A stretch of 64,000 nt of DNA from Eledone cirrhosa. Lineage: Eukaryota. This document shows positions 54,146-64,000 of the stretch, piece by piece. The notes beneath the pieces were generated by a model. That model had not been told where the DNA came from and made no database searches. It saw only the letters and a list, made by a program, of their open reading frames with translations. The stretch's first letter is position 1. Every line of letters begins with the position of its first letter. Location: NCBI GenBank assembly GCA_964016885.1, contig OZ024744.1:35774001-35838000 (forward strand). Reading direction: 5' to 3'. The position numbers and the translations under genes were made by a program.

Positions 54146-57140
54146 CATAAATTTGTTATCTGTGAGATCGACATAGACAGACTTCATAGACAAGGACCCG
54201 GTTACTGGAAGCTGAACGCGTCTTTCCCGGCGGGCAAAGCCTACAGAGTCCGGATTAGCGTATTAATTAAGCGGACGTTGACGGGAGCGGTCGTCAACAA
54301 CAGGTGGTGGTTCGCCCTGAAAAGAGCAATTAATGTAGAGTCGATTAGGTTTAGCAAAGGAGTAGTGATAGAGGAAAATAGAGTAGAGGGAGAGCTAGTC
54401 AGAAAGCTAGAAGAGGCGTTTAGGACAGGCATCGCAACCGACGTGCTTGCGACGAGATTGGCACTCGACCAATTCTTCAACGCAAAACACGAAGGCTGCG
54501 TTGTTAGAGCTAGAGCGCGTGCTCTGAAACACGAGGGGACAAAAGCCGTCCAATGGGCCTGGGTGGTGGAGGCGCGACGTGGCAACAAATCCACAATTCG
54601 GTCTTTATCTGAGCAAAACGGGCGCGTATTGCTCGAACATGAGCAGATGTGTGAAACTTTTCAGCAACACTTTGCTGAACTGTTCGGGAGCGGCGGCTGC
54701 CCGGATCGGGGCATGGACATACCTCGACGGACTCCCTCGGCTCTCGACGACCGCAGCACAGTGTTGCGAAAAACCAATAACAGCGGGTGAAATACGGGAA
54801 GCGATGGCTAACTGCACGAGGGGTAAATCGCCACGTTTGGATGGTCTGCCCTACGAGCTTTATGCATTTATGCCAGACTTGTCGGTGACGTCTTGGCAGA
54901 CATCTACTGCAATTGGCAGCAGAACGGGGGCATTCCCAGTTTTGTAAGCCGTGGAGCAGTGGCGCTGCTGAGAAAAGACCCGAACAAGGGGGATGCTATC
55001 GATAATTTCAGGCCCATAACCCTGCTAAACGCAGAGTTCAAGATTTTGGCCAAGGTGTTAGCAACGTGGTTGGCGCTTGTCGTCAATGGTCTGGTGGGAG
55101 AGGCGCAGACATACGCCATTCCGGACAGATCCATACTCGACAACCTTCACCTCATGCAAAACATCATAGAGAGGGTGGTTAAGGAACCTGGCACGGGTGG
55201 AGCCCTGATCAACTTGGATCAATCCAAAGCATTCGATAGGATAGACCATCGGTACCTGGCGGCGGACCTCGAGGCAGCCGGTTTCGGGCCCGTTTTCAGG
55301 GATTAGATCACTGCGATGTACAGCGACATCTGCTCAGTTGTGAGGGTGAACGGTCACCTATCGCAGCCGTTCAGCATCATGCGCTCGGTCCGCCAGGGTT
55401 GTCCCCTCTCGTCCCTCTTGTGCGTATTGGCTCTCGAGCCGTTACTGCACAAACTGGGGGCGATGGGGGCGTCCCACGCGAACTAGGATGCGGGAAATCC
55501 GAGTCGGCTTACGCCGACGACATCACCCTGGTGGTGTCGTGCACCAGACACGTCCAGATGCTCGGCACCGCTCTCAAGGAATACGAAGTGGTGACAGGAG
55601 CAAAGATAAACCAGGAAAAGTCGGCACCTGGAGAGGTAAGTCCATGCCGTCTGACAGCGTCGTGGGGCGTTGGACGGACAGCCCGGTTAAATTGCTCGGG
55701 ATCTGGTTCGGACCGGACCTCCAAATGGAGAAAAAACTGGAGCGAGGTGACGAGCAGGGTAGCCTCTCTCACCCAGAAATGGGCCGAGATGAAGCTGTCC
55801 CTGAAAGGCCGGGCGAGGGGGCGAATGCGTACATCGCATCCGTCATCTGCTACCGCCTCACCATCGTCCCTTGCCCCGGCCCAACTCTCACCAAAATGGA
55901 GCGCCTCCTCTTCCGCTTTTTGTGGAAGGGACGCACTCCCATGGTCAGACGATCCATCTGCTGTCAACACCCGTTGCGTGGAGGACTGGGCTTGCCATGG
56001 CTAATGATGCGACATCTCTGGTGCTTCCTTGACGGTGAACGGGTGTGGTCGCTGTTCGCCAGGCACATTTTCCCACAGCTCGTCTTCTTGATGGAGCTGC
56101 AGTCCTGGGTCAGGAAAAGACCGAGGGATAGCGCTTGGAAACTGGAATGTCTCCAGGCGCTCATCGCCCTCTGCCAGCTGGGCACCAGTATTGGTGGAAC
56201 ATTCACCTCGGCATTCTATAGAGCACTAGTGGAGAGGAAGAGCGATGACGTTCTCGGAGAGATCCTGGGCATGGAAGAAGATCAGCTGTTTGCTCTCTTC
56301 CGGAGATCTTTCAGCCCAGGGCCTATGGATAACTTCCAAAAATCCCTGGCCTGGCAGTGCTACCGGGGACCGTTGCCGGTTCGAGATAAGCTCTATAGGC
56401 ACGGAAGTGCCGTCAGCCGAGACTGTCCGAGCTGCGCGCAAAGCGACGAAACCGTCGTGCACGCACTCGTTCAGTGCCCGAGCATTGCTGACTTGTGGAG
56501 CTATGTCGAACAGTTGCTGTCGCGTGTAGGACTGATACGGTTATCGACTGAGTCCATTGTGCAGATGGTCTCGCCGTCTTCCTTCGAGGAGGAAGAGCAG
56601 GCGGTTTTCGCCTGGTGGCCATGGCGAAAGAGATTGTGTGGTGGACAAGGTTCAAAGTGTTAAAGACAGACACTTTCCTCTTCGGCGAATCCCTAACTAA
56701 CTTTTTCAAGTTACACTTGAAGAGGAAAATCAGGGTGGAGAGGCAAGTACTGCCTTCTAGCAAGTTTGTTGAAAGGTGGGTGAATGTAGCGAGAATGGTC
56801 CGAGTGAACGGGACCGCTCTGAATATACGCCTGTAGTTTGAGAAATGGAAAAATTGAGAGAGGGCGGTTGCCCTGGTTGTCTGGGTGGCCGTGGTCTTTT
56901 GTGCGGTTTTCGCCACGAATAACCCTCGGAGGTTCCCTACCCCCTATTGGGGAATTTGTCATTGTTTCAATTTTCCTTTTTACTGTTTATATATATGTGT
57001 TTCTATGTCTTTTTTTTCTTTTCTTATATAAATAATAAACAATTTTACACGCAGAAAACCCACCCGTACCGTCCTGTACCGTTCTGTGCCATCTGTAATG
57101 TTTTTCTTGATGTCAGCCCTTGTGGCCAATAAAGAAATCA
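54146..57140 (+). mobile_element. 5'-truncated Tx1 family B LINE (ORF2 remnant, many frameshifts) with (ATT)n tail
   Basis: HKFVIC..GPGYWKLN, LDQSKAFDR, AYADD, CPSC..ETVVH...C; AATAAA at 57128. Confidence 0.92.
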
Positions 57141-57157
57141 TTATTATTATTATTATT

Positions 57158-57293
57158 ATAGAGTTACGGCCCTTGCCATTCTGAGTTCAAATCCCGCCGA
57201 GGTTTACTTTGCCTTTCATCCTTACGGGGTCGATAAAATAAAGTACCAGTAATGTACTAGGTTTTTGCTGGCCTTGTGCCTAAAGTAGAAACA
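57158..57293 (+). mobile_element. 5'-truncated SINE in (ATT)n
   Basis: Same family as 30828-31015; (ATT)n on both sides. Confidence 0.9.
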
Positions 57294-57317
57294 ATTATTA
57301 TTATTATTATTATTATT

Positions 57318-57838
57318 GTTCTTTTAGTCTCAGTCATTGATGTTAGCTAACTGGAAAGTTTGTTGAGATGAATATCAAGCCACTACCTGCAGCCTCAGAT
57401 GTTCAGGACGTATCGGAGGGTTCTTGCTGTTCCCAGCAAGCATGCCTTTTGAAGCGTTCCAAAAAGCGTGAAGGGGCCGATTTTCTTTAACCATCCCTGG
57501 AAACTTTTGGAGATAGTCCCTAGTGTGCCTATGACAATCGGGATCACTTTGACTTCATGGCAGTTCCAAATCCTTTTCACCTCCCACTTTAGGTCCTGGT
57601 ATCGGTTAATTTTCTCCCTCTCCTTCTCTTGCACTCTCGTGTCGAATGGGCAGGCCACATCCACAATCAGGCACGATCTTTTTTTTTTTTTTTTTCCCCT
57701 TTGTCCACAACCACCAGGTCAGGTCTATTGTGTTCCAGTTTCTTGTCCGTCTGTATCCTAAAATCCCACAGCACCTTCACCTGATCGTTCTCCACCACCG
57801 CCTCTGGCCTATGCTCATACCATTTCTCAGAATGTGGT
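57318..57838 (-). mobile_element. 3' fragment of an R4/Dong-like LINE with (TAA)n tail
   Basis: LWDFRIQTD..NRPDLVVVDK..IVDVACPFD..EKINRYQDL..PIVIGTLG..LQKACLLGT. Confidence 0.88.
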
Positions 57839-57840
57839 AA

Positions 57841-57908
<68 letters not shown>

Positions 57909-58118
57909 TGGCGACCTACGTAGTAAATCGTATCATCGTGAGATCCGCAAAGGTTTGTTATTTCCGTTTGTTAAAAATTGTCATTTATGGAAAATTTTTA
58001 TTGTTAACTATATATAAGCGCACATACATTGTTTTCCGAAAAGGACACCCAAAAAGATTGGGGCCTTGTGCCCAAAATTTAAACTTTTATGATTATCAAA
58101 AAATTTCTTTGAAAAAAA

Positions 58119-60090
58119 ATGGCTAATTCACCTCTGCACCAAGCAGCTGAAAGCCTTCCTCACAAATTAACACCTCACACCGACACCACCATTGTAAATG
58201 ATACTACGTTTGCCAACACAAACAATTTAAGCACTAGCAATATTTTAAATTTGTCTCAGGCAGACATTCATTTCCCGCCATTACCAATGACTGCAGGTGT
58301 TAAAGCCGCCGCCACCACCACCACCGCGACAACCCCCCACCACCGCGACAACAGAAACAAAAGGAAAAAATAAATCAACTCGTGATGTCGAAATATTTTC
58401 AACCAAAATGGACTCTTCCAAACCGAACTCCACTGACGTCACCACCACCACAACTGAAACTAAAATTAATAATAACAAAAATAACGATAGCAACAACAAC
58501 AACAATGACATTAAAAAAACCACCCTGAGTTTTGCCAGAGTAGCAAAACAGTGCGAAGCATTTACGGTAACTCAGGAGGAATTAGAAAATGCCCCCAAAA
58601 TGGTAAAGAAAGATGGGTACAGGGTCAGCCTCACGCCGCCACCTAATAAAATGGAGCATCGGCGCCTATGCACCGTGTCGTATCGAACAATAAATGTAAA
58701 ATCGCGCCGAGTGGAACGTGCATGCGAGTCCCAAATCCAAAAAGCTTTGGGACATGTGTGGGCAAGAAAAACCCACATCAGACGTGGGCAGAAGTATGGA
58801 ACCGTGGACGTGTTCTTTGAAACACCAGAGGAGGCTAGAGAACACTCCATGGCCCCATTAAGAAGTGACGACTTCACACTCGTCCCAAGCTATTGTGGCC
58901 AGAGACTCGTAAAGATCAGGGTGACTCACGTTCCACCGGCCATCGAAATTCCCTGGCTAATAGCGGCCTTCCTCGCCGGCATCGAAGCCAACACAAAGAT
59001 AATAGCAATAGCAAAAGAAAAGCAGGAGAACTGGTCCGGATCTGGGATGGAGCTCCTGATCCAAGCGGTCCAAAAAAGCATTGAGGAGATCCCAGAGGTA
59101 ATAGACCTCACTGACAGCAGCCACCTCACCGTAATTGTCGAGGGCAGAAGGCCTAGGTGCGTCGTTTGTGGTGAAGGAACCCACCTAAGGGCTTTCTGCC
59201 CTCAGGCTAAAAGGTTGAGGCCACCTCTCCTACCCACCCCAGTGACTCAACCATCAACACCACCAGTAGCAGAGATGGCAGCAACAACTGTAGCAGCAAC
59301 AACAGAAGCAACTATAACAGCAACAACCCCAGCAACAGTAGCAAAACCAACACCACCACCACCAGCAAAACCAACACCACCGCCACCCAACGCTTCAGAA
59401 CAAGCACCAGCGCCTACACCATCCACCACGCCACAACCAAAACTAACGCCTGTGGAGGATTTTCCACTCCCCGGCCTATCACAACTGGAGACAGATTGTG
59501 ACGACGAGGAGTGGGAAACGGTATCAGGAAAAAAAAAAGAAACCAAAAAAGAAAAAATTCTCTTCCTTCCCCCTCCAAAAACAAAATACAGAGGGAAACA
59601 AATAAATTAAGAAACAAAAAAGTTAGGACAGATATGCCACCATCCACACCAGCATCACCAATCCCATCACCCCAAACACCAACACCATCACCATCATTAA
59701 CCCCAACACCACCATCACCTACACCACAAAAGTTACCAAAATGCGAAACAAACAAACCCACAACAAACGCAAACAAAACAAAACAATCAAAACGATACAC
59801 ACTACACAGCATTAAATTTCAACAACAAGCAATTATTACACTACATCCAACACAACACCAGCATCACAGAAAAAGACTACACAGCAACCCCAAAATTCAC
59901 ACCACCTCCACGCATACAAATCACTCGTATCACACAGAAAACGTACATGACACTAAAGCAAAAATTCCCCAAAGACAGCGTAGACTTCCGACAAGCACTC
60001 TCCAGGGGGATTTATAAGGACATCCTTCCTGAGGAGGCCACAAGCAGTGAAAAGGATGGAAAAACCGTCCTTCCTCTACGAGAAGTAAGG
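58119..60090 (+). pseudogene. Tx1 family B ORF1 (CCHC knuckle), frameshifted
   Basis: Pieces 58119-58373, 58297-59610 (VEGRRPRCVVCGEGTHLRAFCP) and 59511-60017. Confidence 0.8.
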
Positions 60091-60127
60091 TAAGTGGTCT
60101 TTCCCATCTTTTCCACTCCTTTTCAAC

Positions 60128-63100
60128 ATGACCTCACTCAGAATAGGCAGCATAAATTCGCGTGGCTTGGGGTCGTCATGGAAGCAGAGTCACCTGCTCA
60201 ACGACCTCAGGTCACTAAACATAGATGTAGTGGCCATCAGCGAGACCAGAATCTCCGAAGCACTGGCCTTTGCACCGATCTTCGGCGGCTACGATGTGTA
60301 CGCATCTCCCAGCCGTCCGGGATCGGGGGGAGGAGTTGCTGTGCTTTTTCGGAGAGGTTTGGATCTTGATCTTCCTGGACCCAGAAGGTAAGTTGGTGGT
60401 GCTGGACGTGACCAGCGGAGACGGGCAAGCTTTCAGGTTAGTGGCCGTCTATGCCCCGACAGGAGCAGGGCGGCCTGATTTCTTCCGGCGTCTAGAGACC
60501 TTTCTTGGAACGTCTCGCTCTTTAGTGTTAGTGGGCGACTGGAACGGGATCTTAGATGCACGCTGGGATTGTGTGGGATTAGTGGATAGGGGTGGAGGGT
60601 GCAAGAGCCTCACCAACCTGCTCAGGCGTTTTGAACTGTCTGACAGGTACCGATTGGATTTCCCGAATGTACCAATGTGGACTTGGAGAAATAGCATAGG
60701 GTCACCCAGATCATATCTAGATAGAGTATTTTGTAGAGAAATAGATAGGTCTAGCATAGGCTGTCCACAATTCAAGATAGTCAGCTACACGGACCACAAA
60801 TTCGTGATCTGTGTGCTTGACTTAGATAGGCTTCAAAGACGAGGACCCGGCTACTGGAAGCTAAACGCGTCCTTACCAGCACGCAAGGCCTACAGAGACC
60901 GGATTAGCGAACTAGTTAAGCGGGTGTTGACGGGGGCCATCGTCAACAAGAAGTCGTGGTTTGCTCTGAAAAGAGCAATTAGAATAGAGTCCATTAGGTT
61001 TAGTAAGGCTTTAGCAATAGAGAAAAATAGAGCAGAGGGAGAACTAGTTAGAAAATTTGACGAGGCGCTTTGCAAAGGCATCGCGACCGACGTACTTGCG
61101 GCGAAATTGGCCCTTGACCAATTCTTCAATGCAAAGCACTAAGGCTGCGTTGTCAGAGCTAGGGTGCGTGCTCTCAGACACGAGGGGACGAAAGCCGTTC
61201 AATGGACCCGAGTGGCGGACGCGCGTCGTGACAACAAAGCCACGATCCGGTCTTTGGTGGACCACGACGGGCGCATGCTACTCGATCCCGGGCAAATGTG
61301 TGAAGCTTTTCAGCGACGCTTCGCTCAACTGTTCGGGGGCAGTGGCGGGCCGGATCGAGGGATGGACTTTCGTGTCTACCTCGACGGACTGCCGCGGCTC
61401 TCGGCCACTGAGGCGGAGTGTTGCGAAAAGCCGATAACAGCCGCTGAAGTACGGGAGGCAATGACTGGCTGCACAAGGGGTAAATCGCCTGGTTTGGATG
61501 GTCTGCCCTATGAACTTTACGTACAAATGCCAGACTTGTTCGGAGGCCTCTTGGCGGACGTCTACTGCAACTGGCAACAGAACGGGAGAATTCCCAGCTC
61601 TGTGAGCCGAGGAGCGGTGGCGCTGCTGAGAAAGGATCCGAACAAGGGGGATAACAGATAATTTTAGGCCCATAACTCTGCTAAACACAGAGTTCAAGAT
61701 TTTGGCCAAGGTGCTAGCAAAGAGGTTGGCGCTTGTCGTTGGTGGTCTGGTGGGAGAGGCGCAGAGATGCGCCATTCCCAACAGATCCATCCACGACAAC
61801 CTCCACCTCATGCGATACATCGTAGAGAGGGTAGCTAGGGAACCTGGCACGGGTGGGTCTCTGATCAATTTAGATCAGTCGAAAGCCTTCGATAGGGTCC
61901 ACCATCGTTACCTAGCGGCAGTCCTGAGAGCGGCTGGCTTTGGGCTCGTCTTCAGAGGCTGGATATCTGCCATGCACAGCGACATCTGCTCTGTAGTGAG
62001 AGTGAATGGTCACCTTTCGGAACCGCTCAACATCATGCGCTCAGTCCGCCAAGGATGTCCCCTCTCGTCCCTATTGTACGTATTGACTCTCGAGCCATTA
62101 CTGCACAAACTGGAGACATTGAGGGGGTCCCGCGCGAACTAGGATGCGGAAGATCCGTGTCAGCATATGCGGACGATGTCACCCTAGTGGTGTCGAACGC
62201 CAAACACATCGAGGCGATCGGCACTACACCAAGAGAATACGAAGCGGTGACAGGAGCAATGATAAACCAGGAAAAGTCAGTGGGCCTGCAGCTCGGCACC
62301 TGGAGAGGCAGGTCCATGCGGTCCAGACCTCCAGACGGACAAAAACTGGGACGAGGTGACGAGCAGAGTGGCTTCTCTCACCCAGAAATGGGCCTAGAGG
62401 AAGCTATCCCTGAAAGGTCGAGCGGAGGTGGCTAACGCGTATATCGCGTCCGTCTTCTACTACCGCCTGACCGTCGTACCTTGTCATAAGCCCCGCCTGA
62501 CTGCGCTGGAGCGTTTGCTCTTTCGCTTTTTGTGGAAGGGACGCGCTCCGATGGTCAGGCGGTCTATCTGCTGTCAACACCCGCTACTTGGAGGGCTGGG
62601 CATGCCGTGGCTGATGATGCGCAGACACGCGCTCAGGCTACGGCATCTCCACGTCTTCCTCGACGGTGATCAGGTGTGGTCGCCGTTTGCTAGACACTTC
62701 TTTCCCCAGCTCGTCTCCTTGACGGAGCTGCAGTCCTGGGTCAAGCGAAGACCGAGAGGGAGCGCTTGGAGACTGGAATGTCTTCAGGCGCTCACAGCCC
62801 TCGACCAATCGGGCAATGTGATCGGTGGAAACTCCACCTTGGCGTTCTATAGGGGATTAGTGGAGGGGAAGAGCGACGACGTACTTGGAGAAACTCTAGG
62901 CGTCGACGAAAATCAACTAGCCAATCTCTTCGGAAGGACTTTCGGGCCGGGGCCTATGGACAACTTCCAGAAATCCCTGGCCTGGCAGTGCTACCGGGGA
63001 GCTTTGCCAGTTCGGGATAAACTTTACAGGCATGGAGGTGCCGTCAGCCGGGCATGTCCGAGATGCGCACAGGGCGACGAAACCGTCCTGCACGCACTCG

Positions 63101-63411
63101 TCCAATGTCCGAGTATTGCTGACTTGTGGGTTTATGTCGAACACCTGCTGTCACGTGTAGGACGGATCCAGCTATCAGCTGAGTCCATCGTGAGGATTGC
63201 CCCGCCCTCTTCCTTTAGCCGGGAAGGGCAGGCAGTTTTTATCTGTCTGGTGGCCATGGCGAAAGAGATAGTATGGTGGACACGTTTGAAAGGGCTGAAG
63301 ACGAGCACTTACCTCTTCGGTGATGCCCTGATTAACCTTTTCAAATTTCATTTGAAAAGGAAAATCAGTATGGCCCGAATGAATGGGCCTTCTCTAAGTA
63401 TGAGTCTGTAA
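60128..63411 (+). pseudogene. Tx1 family B ORF2 (APE-RT-ZnF), disrupted
   Basis: INSRGL, GDWN, TDH, KSPGLDGL, DQSKAFDRV, RQGCPLS, AYADD, CPRC..H..C; stop at ~61140, several frameshifts and deletions. Confidence 0.93.
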
Positions 63412-63654
63412 ATTAAAGGTGGAAAACTGGGAGAGGGCACTTGCCCTGGTGGTCAGGGCCACTGTGGTCTTTTAATGGGCTTTCTCCACAAATGTCCCTC
63501 GGAAGTCTCCCCCCTATTGGGTAATTTTTCTTTGTTATTTTATTTCATCCTCTGTTTTTTTTACACGCAGAAATGCCCATTTGTACCGTCCTGTATTGTC
63601 CTGTACTGTCCTTAATGTCTACTTTATGTAAACCCTTGTGGTTAATAAAGAAAA

Positions 63655-63700
<46 letters not shown>

Positions 63701-64000
63701 GAATGCTATGGTTGACGGAGGCTCGGCTCTGTAAGGTACTGTAAATTTTGAACGCTATAACAATTGTAAATTGTTTAAAACTTAGACCAACTTGTAGACA
63801 AAAACACCCTCCTCCTCGTGAGAGGGGTCTTTCTGCCCGTTATTTGGCCCTTCGGGGTTAAATAACTGCTTATTGGGGTTTTGTACCCAATATTTATTTT
63901 TAACAAAAAAACAACAACATGGCTACGAAAAAGAATTTGCATAGGTCACGCCCACTCATTCCGTCTTCTTTTTCCTCAATCGTCACTACAGCAGAGAGAA
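63701..64000 (+). mobile_element. Probable 5' end of a further Tx1-like element (runs off the window)
   Basis: Starts directly after (ATT)n; attggggttttgtacccaa resembles the family B UTR attgggccttgtgcccaa; ATG 63919 is open to the window end. Confidence 0.5.

Larger units (their letters stand above)
57910..63655 (+). mobile_element. Full-length Tx1 family B LINE, (ATT)n on both sides
   Basis: ORF1 and ORF2 remnants; (ATT)n at 57841-57906 and 63656-63700; AATAAA at 63644. Confidence 0.93.

Overview
AT-rich, microsatellite-dense animal genomic DNA, probably an octopod cephalopod (the dominant tRNA-derived SINE resembles the octopus repeat I recall; not database-checked). No host protein-coding gene can be called with confidence. 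The window is almost entirely mobile DNA. (1) Five coding remnants of Penelope-like elements (PLEs; GIY-YIG endonuclease with or without RT; Naiad-like and Neptune/Nematis-like), three with an inverted pseudo-LTR, plus many solo or fold-back pLTR fragments, most abutting (TA)n. (2) About two dozen type I hammerhead ribozyme (HHR) motifs from more than ten sequence families, read by eye. They include divergent HHR pairs in small fold-back elements, U3-A8 compensatory-core variants and HHRs with stem II of about 65-110 nt. (3) Two Tx1/L1-clade LINE families stacked head-to-tail in (ATCT)n and (ATT)n arrays. (4) R4/Dong-like RLE LINEs in (CATA)n and (TAA)n. (5) A SINE whose 3' end resembles that of the (ATT)n Tx1 family, plus Helitron-like, hAT-like and RTE remnants. 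The best candidate novel system is the set of (TA)n-associated fold-back mini-elements with one hammerhead per strand, within a retroelement community partitioned by microsatellite motif. All alignments and folds were done by eye; coordinates may be off by a few bases.
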